From Octopus sinensis (taxonomy: Eukaryota): a stretch of DNA of 64,000 nucleotides. Position 1 is the first letter of the stretch, and every line of letters starts with the position of its first letter. Below are positions 35,570-50,200 of this stretch, one piece after another. The position numbers were made by a program, and so were the translations under genes. The stretch lies in NCBI RefSeq assembly GCF_006345805.1, contig NC_043014.1, positions 26,598,001-26,662,000 of the forward strand, written 5' to 3'. The notes beneath the pieces are model-generated. The model worked only from the letters and a program-made list of their open reading frames with translations. It was not told where the DNA came from and made no database searches.

Positions 35570-38500
35570 TTCTTTATTGGTCGTAACGACAGAACTCAAA
35601 ACATACTGGACAATACACAGTGCATTTATATGTGTAAATAGCAAAACAACAATTAGCAAGGAAAATTACCCAACAATAGTGGCGAGATCCACTGAGTGGT
35701 GACCAAAGCAACCTCACCCACTTTGGGCTCCTAACACAAAGGCACCTGAAGTAGGCACCCCCTCCTCCTCACTCCATCCGGCCTACAGGCGCACACTTAG
35801 TGTAGGCCCATTCACACGAGCCATCCTTGCTACATTCACCCACCTTTCGACAAACTTACTGGGTGACAGCACCTCCCTCTCCAGTCTCACCTTCATATTC
35901 GCTTAGCCTAGCGCCGACCATCTCTGTTTCAGAGACATTCGACACTATCACGGTGACATCCTCTGCATACGCTAACACATCTCTTCCGCATACTAGCTCA
36001 CACGGGATGCTCCTCGAAGCATCCAGCTTCCTCAGTAATGGCTCGAGTACCAGTACGTATAGAAGGGATGAGAGTGGGTATCCCTGATGGACCGAACGGG
36101 CGATGCCAAACGATTCCGACAGGTGGCCATTTACTTTGACCAGCGAACAGATGTCGCTGGACATTGCAGCGATCCAGCCTCTGAAAACGAGATCGAAGCC
36201 AGTCGCTATATGAACAGCCTCCAAGTACCGACGGTCAACCCTATCGAAGGCTTTCGGCTGATCCAAATTGATCAGGTCCCCACCCATGCCAGGTTCCTTA
36301 TCAACCTTCTCCGTGGTTGTCATTCATAGATCTGTTGGGGATAGCGCAAGTCTACGCATAACCCACCAGTCTGGCCACGACAAGCGTCAACCTCTTTGCA
36401 AATATCTTGGCCAAAATTTGTAATCTACATTTAGCAGAGTTATGGGCCAAAATTTGTAATCTACATTTAGCAGAGTTATCAACAATGCCCCCCTTGTTCG
36501 GATCCTTTAGCAGTAGCGTCACCACACCTCTCCCGTTCTGCTGCCAGTTGCGGTAGACATCTACCAAAATCTCACCGAACAAGTCTGGCATATGAGTATA
36601 AAGTTCGAAGGGCAGACCATCCAATCCCGGAGACTTCGCCTTCGCGCAACTATCCAGTGCGTCACGTATATCTTCCGCTGTTATCGGCATTTCACAGAAC
36701 TCCACATCCCTGAACGAAAGCCGCGGCAGTCCATCAAGGGAAGAGATGAAGTTCACCTCCGCCTCCGAACCACCGCGCGCCTCTTACAAAGTGCCGCTGA
36801 AATTCTGTATAAATCTGCTTGGACTCGCGTAGCATGCGCCCGTCCCGACCCCTCAGAGGCCGAATTGTGGTTTTATTTCCACGTTGCTCCTCGGCAACCC
36901 GGGCCCATCGAACGGCTTTCATTCCCACGTGCCTTAAAGCACGTTATCTAGCTCTGACAATGCAACCTTCATACTTGGTGGTTCCGAACCAACCTCGCTG
37001 CCAGCACGTCGGTCACTGTGTCACTACTGAGTGCCTCTTCTAATTTCCTAACTAGTTCTCCCTCTACACTAGTATTCTTTATCCCTAATTCCCTGCTAAA
37101 TTCTACCGCTTCTACTCTAACCGCCCATTTTAGGGCTGCCCACCATCGGTTGTTGACGACTGCACGCATTAATTTTTGATAGACTAATTTACTAATCCAG
37201 TCTCTGAAAGTTTGGCGCACCGGGAAAGACGCATTTAGCTTCCAGTATCCGCGGCCCTGCCTATGGGGCCTACATAAGTCGACCATACAGATCATAAGTT
37301 TGTGAGCCGTATAGCTGCCAACTTCAAATTGTGGACAACCTATGCTATCCTTATCTGCTGGCCCACAAAATACCCTAGATAAGATCTGGATACCCAACGC
37401 TATTTGTCCACGTCCACACTGGAACATTCGGGATATCTAGTCTGAACCTGTTAGCCAATTGGAAACGATCGAGCAGGTTTGCGAGGCTTGCGCACCATCT
37501 TTTCTTATCGGCTAGCACCACCCAATCCATACGTGCATCCAAAATGACGTTCCAGTCTCCCACTTACACTAAGGAGCGAGACGTCCTAAGAAAGACCTCT
37601 GGCTGTCCCGCTCCGGTCGGTGCGTACACAGCGACCCGTCTGCCTTCGTTATCATTCGCGTCCAGGACCATTATCCTACCTTCCGGGTCCAAGGAGACCG
37701 ACCTATCTCGAGACCCAGGCCTTTTCCCGGGCAACTAAGAGATGCAAAGATCCCATAATCATCAAAAATGGGCGCTAAGTCTCATGAATTCGAGATCCTG
37801 GTCTCACTGGCAGCTATTACGTTTAATTTTCGCCACCTGAGATTATTGAGCAAGCGACCTTGCTTCCATGACGACCCCAAGCCGAATACATTTATACTGT
37901 CCACTCTAAACAAGACCATGTTTGACGATGGGAATGTGTAAAGGCTTTGTAGGGAAGTGGGAGTGCTTACTCTCTCCCTCACGTTGGATGCGAGGTTTTT
38001 CCCCCAGCAGTATCTTGTAAATTCTGATATTGAGGTTCATTTGAAAGACCCCTACAAACTGGGGATATCTAGATTTCAAAGTTTTGTAGTCGCTTTGAGT
38101 AGTTTTGAATATTTTTATGCGTGTCGGTATATTTATGGTTGGCGACATAAGTGGATTCATTAATATCCATATTTGTTGATGTGTTCTATTAATTCGTTAT
38201 TTTTTGTGCTTATAGCTGTAAGATTTATAATGTCTGGTTTATGATCATTTGGTGGAATGCAGTCCATCTGTTGTGTATGTAGGCTATGTTGTTTTTGTGA
38301 TGGTTGTGGAGATTGTGGTGGTAGTGGTGGGTATGATGCTATTGTTGCCTCTGTGTGTGTACTGTTGTTACTGTTCGTTTCCTCTTCCATTTTCTCGTGC
38401 CTGCCTGTCTTTTCTGGTCATCGTTTGTGCTCTTCCGTCTTTTCCATCATTTTCGTGTGACTGTTTGCAACGCTTGTCCCTCCTTATTTCCATAATTTTC

Positions 38501-40030
38501 GTTATCTGAATATGGGAAGGATAGTTCTTCCGCAGGTATTTGTTTTATGTTGGCGTTGTTAATGGTGTTGTCATTATCTTTGTTGGGTAGTTTCCTGTTG
38601 CTGCCGTTGTTGTTCCCGTTTGTGATGTAGTTGTAGCTGCTGTTGCTGGTGGTGTGCATTCTGCTTGACGCCGTGCAGTTGTTTCCATTCCAGTCGTTGT
38701 AACTACGGTTGCTACCGGCGCTGTAATGGTTTTTGTGGATGCTATTGTGTCCAATTGTCTCTGTTGGTGTTGCTGTTTCTGCTGCTTCTGCTGCCCTTGT
38801 TGTGGTGTCTGTTGTTATTGTTGTGGTCGTAGTGGTGTTAATGGTTGTTGCGGCTCATTTTCCCCTGTTCCTTCTTTCTTTGGGCAATAAACTCTGATTT
38901 GACCTGAATCGCCACAGAAGTAACATCGCGGCCTTCTTCCTTCCACGATCACCTGCAGATGCTGGCCTCCAAGGATTTCTAATAGGTCGGGAATTTTCCC
39001 TACAGTTTCTAGTTTTACTTGCAGTAGAATTTCTAACCCTATCCCAACCCAGTTCTCGTTTTGGGATTCTTGGATTTTGGGATTTCTAGGAGTCTTCTAG
39101 GATCTTTCAGCACTATGGCTTTTGCTACCCACCAGAAATCGATTTCTAGTGGCATGTTACTTTTATTCGGATCACTCTCTGTCCCAGATAGATGGAAATG
39201 AAAGTGACCTCCTCTGTTATTAATGGGACAGCTTGATTGTTTTTGTGCTAGTGATTCCGACTAAAATATGACCTTGATGTAGCCGTACTTTGGGGCGTGG
39301 CAGACAAAGCTGATTTTTCCCCATATATATTTTTGAGACAGAGCTCGGCTTGGTCTGATGGTATTTTTTCCAGTCTTCTTTTCATGAACAGACATCTGTA
39401 CATGATTGTATTTTTTTATTTTTTCGGTTGCCTCTAGCAGGTTTTGTGGCACATTTAGTGGTGTGGTCTTTCTTTCTTCGCGTCTAATAATCCTCTCAGT
39501 TTCCTTTAAATGTTTTTCCTTTTCCTTTAGCGACATAATTTCAAACTTATTTGTAACTTTTGCGAAGGAAATCCTATTTCTATTTTAACCTTCTATTTCT
39601 TTGTTCGAAGTTTTACTGACTTTTGTGGTGGTGGTGGTGGTGGTGGTGGTGGTGATGGTGGTGGTATTTTCCTTGCACAATTGGCTACTGCTAGTTATAT
39701 TTCGTGCTTTCTTGATCGAATTCTCATTACACCTGACACTTGCTGTCATGTTGTTGTCGTTGCTGTTGCAACTCCTCCTGCTACTACCACTATCATTTAC
39801 ATCTAAAGTGAGTGGGGGGAGGCTAGTAACGGTGGAAAACAATTTCGCGTTCCACATCGCATCCTATTTCCCTCTCTTGTTGACTCACTGGCAAAGACGA
39901 CGACGCCATATTAAATTTTGCATTTTGCAAATTTTGAAAGGAAAATTTTCTTTTCGAGTGGTTTTTGTCCCACAAGGCAAAAACAAAAAATAACATTGTT
40001 AATCTGAAAACTATGGTCTACTTTAAGTTG
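35570..40030 (-). mobile_element. Tx1-like LINE, end-to-end but internally deleted and frameshifted
   Basis: T/N-rich ORF1 with VEGRRPRCYFCGDSGQIRVYC (about 38880-38960); APE from about 37915; RT (SPGLDGLPFE, KAFDRVD, YAED) jumps to the ORF2 C-terminus; 3' aataaagaaatt+(TTA)n. Confidence 0.85.
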
Positions 40031-41182
40031 GTCGCAAGTTATAACAATAAAATGTAACAATAACAAGCTTTTTAGAGGTAAACAAAGCACACATTTATGG
40101 AGCTCTGAAATGCATATCCAGCTCTGATGACAACAACAACAACAGCAACGACGACGACGACGACGACGAGGAGGAGGAGGTGGAGGAGGAGACAGCTATA
40201 ATAATAATAAATCAAATTAAAGACAGTTATTGTTGATGTTCTTCTTCAGACCCACGTCACCTTTAATGGGATAGATACATGTACGAAAATGAATGTAGTC
40301 CTTCCCTTATTTTTAAATATAGAAATGTATTTGAAGAATATTTGATTGCTATTTCTAGCAGGTGCAGTGATTACGTAGACTCTTTTGTGAATAAGGTTAG
40401 TTGGCTGTGCACGTTTTCGCGCAATTCGCACGCATAAATTTCTTGCATGTGTAAAGAGACCACGTTAATTACAACAAACGTGTTGGCTCATGTGTTAAAG
40501 AAGGACAGACTCCTAAACTTATGAGATGTCTAAGCTATCCATGGTAACAGCAAATATCGAATGCGTCAACTTTTCTTTGTTCAGCATGCAGCCTTAATAT
40601 AAGAATGGAAGCCCTAAGAAAAGGAAGGATCTTAGGTATATCAATATTTAATTTACCAACTGAGATTTTGATGTAAACATTGTATAACCTAATGCCCTCG
40701 AAAAGAACAATCTGATAGGGAAAAATTTATCCAAATACACACATATTTATGTGTGCGTGTGTTTGTATGAAAATGTCTGTGTTTATGCGTGTTTTTGTGT
40801 GAAATTGCTCGTGTGTATGTATGTTAGTGAACTTATTTTATCAATGTTCTATGCGCGTGTGTGTTTTTGTGCGTGCATCAATATGTGTGCGTGTGTGTTG
40901 GTTTACTTGCATGTTTGTGTATGTGTATCAATATGCGTACATGTGTTTGTGTCTGTGTGTAATTATACAAATATATGTTTGTGTGATAACGTGCATGTTC
41001 GCGCGTGTGTGTATGTACGTCTTTATACGCGCGAACTCAATGTTGGTGCGTTTGTCGAAAGAGAAAGGAGGAAGCAGAGGAATAACAAAGGAAGAGAAGA
41101 TGATGAAGATATTACAGATAATACAGTGTATTGACTGAATACTTGCAGAAAACCATATGGCCAGACACTATAATAGTGCTGT

Positions 41183-41213
<31 letters not shown>

Positions 41214-41228
41214 CGTGCGTATGCGTGT

Positions 41229-41267
<39 letters not shown>

Positions 41268-41470
41268 AAAGGAGGAGACTGATAGTAAAAGAGAGAGATG
41301 CAGTAACAATATAGCATAAACTCTAAGGCCACCACCTCCGCTGCCGCTGCCGCCGCCACCACCACATCCACTACTACTACCACAAGTAGTAGTAAGAGTA
41401 TAGCTGCGACTACTACAGATACTACAACTACAACTGTTACCACTATAACTACTACATTAGCTACTACTAA

Positions 41471-41551
<81 letters not shown>

Positions 41552-41864
41552 TAAAGATGCTGTGGTGATAGTTTCGGCTACTGTTAAAGGTGTAAAGCAG
41601 GACTTAAAAAACAGTTTGATTTTATGAATTCTGCAGTTGATGACAGGTAAGTTGCACTGCTACTGTTGTTGTGTGGGGGGGGGGTTGATGGCGATAATTT
41701 GGCTGTTACTGTTGATGATGATATTTATGTTGTTATTGTTGTCTTTGTCCAGATCAACCTCCGATTCAGCAAACCTATGATCAAAGACATTCCGACCGTG
41801 ACGAGTTCCTCTTTTTTACATTAAGGCTCATACAGAAATGCATATTATTACCTTTTTATTTTAC

Positions 41865-41993
41865 GGGCTACTTCCTTGAATCGACCCCAGTACTTTTTTA
41901 GCCTAGTTCTTGATATTGGTCTTTTTTGCCGACCTGCTAAGTTGTCAAGCGGTGATGGTGGACAAACACACACCACACACACACACACACACA

Positions 41994-42037
<44 letters not shown>

Positions 42038-42145
42038 TATATATATACACTCACAAGGCTTTGGTCGGTCTCAGGCTATAGTAGAAGACACTTGCCCAAG
42101 GTGCCACGCAGTGGGACTGAACTCTGAACCATGTGGTTGGGAAGC
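41865..42145 (-). mobile_element. Degenerate SINE (1998 family)
   Basis: Head and body match with internal microsatellite. Confidence 0.75.
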
Positions 42146-43069
42146 TGTTGTAATTTGTTTTTCTTCTTAAGTTTACTCAGTAATGTAGGGTGCAGTCAGA
42201 GAGAGGTTTAACTGTTATTTCTAGCTTCTTGTTGTTAACGTTGCTATTGCTATCGCAGCTGAAGTTGTTGTTGTTACCTCTGTTATTGTTGTTATTGCTG
42301 CTGTTGTTAAGGATGTGTAGTTTGACAGCGGATTCTTTCAAATTCTTAACGTTTTGAGTTAAAAATCCACCGAGGTTAACTTTGCATTTCATACCCTTGG
42401 GGCAATAAAAACAAGGTACTAGTCATGTAGGTGTAGGAACAGGCGTGGCTATGTGCTAAAAGGCAGTTATTCCTTCTCTTTTTTCATGGCAGAAGTATGA
42501 TTTCTCGGAGATTTGGTTGCCATTTCTAGCCTTTGGATCATGTCCACATCAACGTCACATATTGTCTCTGTATCTCAAATCCAAATAAGAGAGGAGATGC
42601 ACGTATAAAATATAACTTCTTTGTCATATACTTTTTTTTTTGTATTTTATATATCTTTTATTCAGGAGAAAATAATTTTGATATAGATCTATGTGTATTT
42701 TAATGTCAGTTGAGTTTTATATATCTTTAATGTCAATTAAAAACGGGTATACGTGTGTGTGTTTTTATGCATGTATAGTTAGATAGATTACGCATGCGTA
42801 TGCAAGCTTGTACATACATGTGCATTTGCGCAAAAGTGTTTATATGTGTGAATTTGTGAGGATGTAAACTAAACTCGTACGAGATGAATACGTGTGCGTT
42901 AGTAGAAATGTGCACATGTACGGGGAAATATATATACATAAAAGTAAAAGTATATGTGACCGGTATATATATAAGCATACACACACACGCACGCATACGC
43001 GCACACACACACACATATTGTTATAGTTGGAGTTGGTCATCTTCTGTCAATTAAAGACAGGCACTATTT

Positions 43070-43520
43070 ATTTACCCATCATAACTGCCCGTCTGATAAG
43101 AGTACACCAGGAACAGGCATCACAACCATATGTGCGCGACGTAGTGATCTCCTATCAAGATAAACAGCGCATGACCTCGCAGGTGGGGCCCAGTTAGAAT
43201 TTTCGTCAGGTCGAGTAGCCCATGTTTAAGGATGTTGAACGAAACACCCGTGTTCCCAGAGGTGAATTATTCAAACCCCAAAGAATTCCTCTCAATACAT
43301 GGCTATGATGCTACCCACTACCTCGGCTCGTGATCAGAGATGCACATATCGTCAGCCACTAAGGGACATGCTCAACTGGTTAAGGTCAAGCAACTGACAA
43401 GCAAATCTGTGGTATTGAGCCGAATATTTGCTATAACCCATGTTTTATACCAAGACAAAACAATGTACATGATAATTCTTAAGATCAGAAGCCATGAGAG
43501 CCACTGCCTAGTACATTATT
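43070..43520. repeat. Probable interspersed repeat of unknown class
   Basis: GC-richer non-coding block between microsatellites; single copy here, so recognition only. Confidence 0.3.
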
Positions 43521-43529
43521 AAAAGAAAT

Positions 43530-44352
43530 CATTGTCGGGAACTATCATGGATAATTTCCAGATGTCCTTGGCCTGGCAGTGCTACCGGAGAGCGCTAGTA
43601 ATCGAGATAAACTCTACAGGCATGGGTGTGCTGTCAGACGGGCTTGACCGAGGTACGCACAGAGTAACGAAACCATTTTGCACGCCTTCGTTCAGTGTCT
43701 GGGCATTGCTGATTTGTGGGGTTATGTCGAAAAGCAGCTGTCACGTGTGATCGGATCCGTCTGTTGGCCAAGTCTGGAGTGATGATCCCCCCGCCGCCCT
43801 CTTTCAATCGGGCAGGCAAGGCAATTTCCCTTTGCCTGGTGGTTGTGGCGAAAGCGGTTGTTTGGTGGACAAGGCTGAAAGGCATGAAGACACATACATT
43901 CCTCTTTGGTAGGGCTCTCAGTGACTTCTTCAAGTTTCACTTGAAAAGGAAATTGAGAGTAATACTGTCGTCGAGTGAGTTTATTAAAAGATGGGTGAAA
44001 GTTATGAAAATGGCGTGAGTGGATGGTGCCTCTCTCCGTGTAAACCTGTAAGTCAGAGAGAAGGAACTGGATAGGGCACTTGCTCTTGGGGTTTCAGGGA
44101 AATTTCGGACAGCAGGGTTCCTCGATTATCCTTAGAGGTCTTCCTGTATCAGGAGGGTCATATCTCTATCATCGTCCCCGCCACTTTTTTTTACCTATAT
44201 ATGCTATTTATATGTCCCGTTTTCTTTCTTTTTTTAGTGTATACCGTACATACTTTCTTTTTATCATTTCATTGTATGTAAATCCGCACACATTATGCCT
44301 GTCTTTGTAATGTCACCATCATCCTTCGCCCTTGTAGCGAATAAAGGAAATC
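43530..44352 (+). mobile_element. Tx1-like LINE 3' fragment
   Basis: MDNFQMSLAWQCYR, LVVVAKAVVWWTRLKG, FHLKRKLRV; ends aataaaggaaat(cat)n(tta)n. Confidence 0.85.
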
Positions 44353-44354
44353 AT

Positions 44355-44392
44355 CATCATCATTATTATTATTACTATTATTATATTTATTG

Positions 44393-44450
<58 letters not shown>

Positions 44451-44451
44451 C

Positions 44452-44546
<95 letters not shown>

Positions 44547-44566
44547 CATCATCATCATCATCATCA

Positions 44567-44613
<47 letters not shown>

Positions 44614-44630
44614 TATTATTATTATTTTCC
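44355..44630. repeat. (TTA)n/(TCA)n microsatellite between convergent LINE 3' ends
   Basis: Direct reading. Confidence 0.95.
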
Positions 44631-46075
44631 TTCTTCAAATTTTCTTCCGTTTCTCGCCGAGTGTTTTCCATACACCTAAGGCACAGAAGCTCATTGTATG
44701 CATTCTCAGATTACACACGCACATTCACAAATAAAATATGCATTTAAAAAAGTAATAAATAAATAAATTCATGAATATATGTTGTTTTCACAGCGATAAT
44801 GCTCTTCTCAGTACATGAGTCGTTCCAGTTAACACGATTTTTTGCACTTCTTGTAAGGATGGTAAGCCTGGTATCATTTTCAAATAGGTTTCAGTATCTT
44901 TTTTTATCATTCCTAGACATCCTACAATCACTGGTACTGTAGTCGCCTTGAGATGCCACATTTTTTCAATTTCTTTATATTTACTGATCTTGCCAAATTC
45001 TTTCGCCGCTATATTGTTATTGCAAGGAATACTCTTGTCAATTAATAAACCCATCTTTTTTGTCTGATCTTTTATAATAATATCCGATTTATTAGCTTTT
45101 ATAGTTTTGTCGGTATGTACGGGGAAGTCCCACAGAATCGACACATTTTCCACCTCAGTCACAGCTTCAAGATGGTGTTTATACCATTTGTCAGCGATTT
45201 TGATTTTATAATGCCGACATATTGTCCAGTGTAAATACTGGCCGTCTCTGTCATGTCTTGCTTTATATTCTACAGGTTCTAAGAGATTAGGTGGTCTATA
45301 GTTTCAATCTCATCGCTACAGAATCGGCATTTTGGGTCAGCTCCATTTTTTATCACATTGGCTTAGTAGTTCCGGGTTAATAAGCTTCGGGTTACCGCTA
45401 GGCATTTCATCCGGCATGCTAATGATTCTGCCAGCACACCACCTTAGAAGAAGAAGAAGAAGAAGAAGAAGAAGAAGAAGAGAAGAAGAAGAAGAAGAAG
45501 AAGAAGAAGAAGAAGAAGAAGAAGAAGAAGAAGAAGAATATGAAACTTTTAGCCCTGAGCTTCGTAACCATTGATGCGTGTGTTTCTGGTCGACATCAGC
45601 TTGTTTGCTACGGGTCACATACTTACCATGCAGAGGTTTCTGTCCCCATCTGCTAGCTAATTTTATTTTCTTTGCAGCAGCAGTTGGCGCATTTCCTTCA
45701 ACCTGATCAATCTGGTAGGTATCTAAAAGATCAGTAGCGACTTTTTTGCTCTCTTTCAGAATAGAGTGAAATTTTTTCGGTCTTTCATGTTTTTCAACAA
45801 GTTTTAGCATTCAGTCGTAGGTTGTTTCAAGGTATTTGGCCAGTCCGATTGTAATGGTTTTGTACGTAACTTCAAGCTGGATCACACCTCGACTTCCCTG
45901 AGTTCTGGGAAGGTAAAGACAATCCACGTCTGCCTTTGGATGGTGCATCTTATTACAAGTCAGTGGCTTGCGGATTTTTCTATCAATTTTCATTATTTCA
46001 CTGGTATTCCAGTTAAGTACATTGAAGCTATAAAGAACAACTGGGACTGCTAAGGAATTTATGGCTAACACCTTA
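44630..46075 (-). mobile_element. R4/Dong-like 3' portion (subfamily B) with (GAA)n insertion at about 45445-45540
   Basis: AINSLAVPVVLYSF..HHPKADVDCLYLPR; WDFPVHTDKTIKANKSDII; TAA-type repeats on both flanks. Confidence 0.85.
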
Positions 46076-46109
46076 TTATATGCATTATTATTATCATTAT
46101 TATTATTAT

Positions 46110-46153
<44 letters not shown>

Positions 46154-46191
46154 TTATTATTATTATTATTATTATCATTATTATTATTATT

Positions 46192-46223
<32 letters not shown>

Positions 46224-46556
46224 CCTTATGCATTCCAAACCCGAGTTACCGATTTTGACTAAAGGCGGTGCTCCAGCATGGCCGCAGTCAAATGACTGAA
46301 ACAAGTAAAAGAGAAAAAGAGAATAAGTCATAACACCCAGGCAACGCCGGGGTGCATTATAAATATATATATTGCGTAGTTGAATGAATTATCTTGTTAT
46401 GGATAATTCGGTTAACCGATACCTGGTTAGCAAATTCACATCAGAGAAGACACGTTTGAAGTTACGTACTTTCGTGTGGAAATTTGGATGTTTTTTTTTT
46501 TAAATATAAATATATGAAAGAATGGAGTTGAACGACGAATTAACAAAATTCCTTTA

Positions 46557-46639
46557 TTTTCGACATATGTTTCGAAGGCTGCATATTCCTAATTGCGAAG
46601 GAATAAGGAGTATATTATGCCGCTTTCTCATCAGGAAAA
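46557..46639 (-). ncRNA. Type I hammerhead ribozyme with intact core
   Basis: UUUUC-CUGAUGA-GAAAGCGGCAUA..UAUGCAGCCUUC-GAAAC-AUAU-GUC-GAAAA; palindromic ACAUAUGU helix III. Confidence 0.75.
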
Positions 46640-47239
46640 GCAAGGAACTTATGTCAACATCAAGATGCACGAAAAACTTTTAGATGACTGCTCACACGGA
46701 GCCCATAGTGATAATGAGTGTCTCTTTAAAAAATTCCTTTATAAGGAGTGGCGTCAAAATGGTTGGATGTAGAAGAATCTAGAAGGTTCTAAAGGTTCAA
46801 GGGTTCAAACGAAGTAGGAGAAGAGAGGCATAAGAATAGGAAGGTGAAAGGGTGCAGTTCAAATGAATGGTGAATTTTCTTTTGTGAATGAGTGTCTGTG
46901 TGTGTGACTGTATATAGCGGCATTAATGTGTGTGTATGTGTATGTGTGTGCGTGATTGTGTTTGTGGATGGGTGGGTGTCAGAAAACAGACAGTGATGAG
47001 GTGAACGGTTTGTGTCTGTGTGTTTGAATGTGCTTACTATAGATAGAGGGAAAGAGAGAGAAAGAGGAGGGCGAGGTATCGGAACAAAGGTAATACATAC
47101 CTCACTGGATTGAGTAGTAGTTCTTTGAAAGTATAAAAATAATTTTTTAACTATGGGGGTGAAATATATAAAAAAAAGTGTTATATTAATTAAAATTCAA
47201 GGGGCTATCTATATTAATCATTATTCATATGTTTGCAAG

Positions 47240-50200
47240 TAGGTAACTCTCTGTTTTAAATTTTCCGGGTTCATAGGATTATGCTCAAGGTGGCTTCGTC
47301 ATTCATACGTGCCATCCTTGCTATATTCACTCATCTTTTTTTGAAACATTCGCTAGACAAAACTTCCCTCTCTACTCTCACTTTCCTTTTCAAGTGATAC
47401 TTGAAGAAGTTGATGAGAGATTGACCAGAGAGGAAAGGGTTTGTCTCCTTTCAGACGTGTCCACCAGATACATTCTTTCGCCATAGCCACAAGGCTTGTA
47501 AAAATAGCTCTTCCTTCCCGTTTGAAGGAAGGAGGCGTGATAATATTGACGATAGACTCGGCTAATAAACCGACTCGTCCCACAGGTGACAGCAGTCGTT
47601 CAACATAAGCCCACAGGTCGGAAATTGTTGGACACTACACGAATGCGTGCAGAACGGTTTCGTCGCTCTGACCGCATCTCAGGCAGGTCGGCCCCGTGTT
47701 TCTCGAGCCCTGCCTGTAGAGCTTATCCCGAACGGGTAGCGCTTCTCGGTGGCACTGCCAGGCCAGGGATCTCTGGAAGTTGTCCATGGGCCCTGGCCCG
47801 AAAGTCGTCCTGAACAGGCGGGTCAGGTATTCCTCGTCGACGTCCAGGTTCGCCCCGAGCTCGTCGTCGTACCTCCCCTCCACTAATCCCCTATAGAATG
47901 CTTTGGTTGTGTTGAAGCCACTCAAGGTCGACCCGGGACGGCATAGTTGCTTGAGAGCAACGCGACACTCGCGGCGCCATTCGACCTTGCTCGGCCTTTT
48001 TTTGATCCACGGCTGCAGTTCGGTCATGGATACGAGTTGCGGGAAAGCGTGCCTCACAAACGGCGACCACACCTGTTCACCGTCGTCTACGTAGAGCCTG
48101 AGATGTCACAGTCTCAACGCGTGTCTGCGCATCATCAACCACGACATGCCCAGTCCTCCTTTTAACGGGTGTTGACAGCAAATGGATCGCCTGACCATCG
48201 GGACGTATCCTTTCCACAAGAAGCAAAAGAGAATGCGTTCTAGTTTGGTGATGGTAGGGTCGGGACAAGGCACGACGGTCAGGCGGTAGTAGATGACGGA
48301 CGCGATGTACGAGTTCGTCACCTCCACCCGACCTTTTAGGGACAGTTTCCTCTCGGCCCATTGCCGGGCGAGAGTGACCACCTTACTCGGTATCACGTTC
48401 CAGTTTTTATCCATTTGAAGATCCAGACCAAACCAGACCCCGAGCAACTCGACCGGACCGTCGGTCCAGCGTCCCACGACGGAGGCGCTGATGGACGGCA
48501 TGGGTTTGCTTCTCCAGGTGCCGAGTCGCAAGCCCACTGATTTTTCCCGGTTGATTTTCGCTCCTGTCACCGCTTCGTAGTCTTTCAGTGTCTCGCCAAC
48601 CAGGTCGATGTGCTCGTGGCTAGACACTATAACGGTGACGTCGTCCGCGTATGCAGACACGCTCGTCCCGCATCCCAATTCTCGCGGGATACCTCTTAGA
48701 GTTGCCAGCTTCCGCAATAATAGCTCGAGAGTCAATACGTAGAGAAGCGACGAGAGGGGCCATCCTTGACGGACCGAACGTGCAATGTCGAAAGGTCTCG
48801 ATAGATGTCCATTTACGCGAATTACCGAGCGGATACCTCTGTACAAAGCGGCTATCTAACCGCGGAAAACAGAACCGAAACCAGCCGCTCTGAAGACAGC
48901 CTCCAAGTATCGATGGTCTACCCTATCGAAAGCTTTCGATTGATCCAAATTGATCAGCGCCCCACCCATGCCAGGTTCCTTAACTACCCTGTCTATGATG
49001 ATGCGCATCAGGTGGATGTTGTCATGAATGCTCCGGCCCGGCACGGCGCACGTTTGCGCCTTGTCGACCAGTTTCTCGATGACAAGCGCCAACCTCTTGG
49101 CTAACACCTTGGCCAAAATTTTCAAGTCTGCATTAAGCAGAGTGATGGGCCTAAAATTATCTATTACATCCCCCTTGTTTAGATCTTTCTTCATCAGTGT
49201 TACGGCTCCTCGGCTCACAAAACCAGGAATTCTCCCGTTTTGCTGCCAGTTGCAGTACAGCGCTGCCAAGACGTCTCCAAACAAATCTGACATACAAATG
49301 TAAAGCTCGTAGGGTAGACCATCCAAACCCGGCGATTTGTCCCTGGAGCATTCTGCCATCGCGAACTGCACTTCCTCCGCCGTGATGGCACCTTCGCACG
49401 CCCTACCTCTCTTGTCAAGAGTCGTGGTAGGCTGTGTAGGTAGGCACTGAAATCCACCCTACGTTCTTGCCCGCCACTCGTCCCGAACAGTCGGGCAAAA
49501 TGCTGTTGAAAAGCCTCACGCATTTTACTTGACTCGAGCAATTCGCGTCCCTGTTCATCTACCAGAGACCGAATGGTGGCTTTGTTGCCCTGTTGCGCCT
49601 CTGCTACCCGGGCCTCTCGCGCAGCTCCAACACCTTCGTTCATTAGAGCACGCATCCTAGCTCTGACAACACACCCTTCGTGTTTGGCGTTGAAGTGTTG
49701 ATCGAGGGCCAACCTCGCCGCCAAAACGTCGGATGCGATGCCGCTTCTAATTGCCTCTTCTAGCTTCTTAACTAGCTCACCCTCTACTGTTTCTATCTAT
49801 GGTTAGTGCTTTGCTGTACCTAATCGCTTCTGCTTTTACTGCTCTCTTGGGGGCAAATCACCATTTGTTGTTGATGATGGCTCCCGTCAAAGCCCTCTTT
49901 ACTAGTGTGCTAATCCGCTCTCTGAAAACCTGTCTCGATGGGAAAGACGCGTTTAGTTTCCAGTATCCAGGACCCTGCCTATGTGTCTTACCTAAGTCTA
50001 GCGTACATGTCACAAGTTTGTGATCCGTGTAGCTGACTATGTGGAATTGTGGACATCCTACGCTATCTCTATATACTGTCCTACACAGTATCCTATCTAG
50101 ATACGATCTCGACGACTCGATGCGGTCACTCCATGTCCACGTTGGCGCATTTAGGTGGTCGAGTCGGTACCTGAGAAGGTCTCTGAGGCATTTGCATCCC

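Noticed and set aside
43190-43360. CUGACGA motifs (minus strand) and a GAAAC hairpin (plus strand)
   Set aside because: The two halves are on opposite strands; no consistent fold.
44295-44747. Poly-Y/L/I ORFs here and similar ones across the window (e.g. 31668-32203, 40751-41138, 57476-57943)
   Set aside because: Translations of microsatellites.
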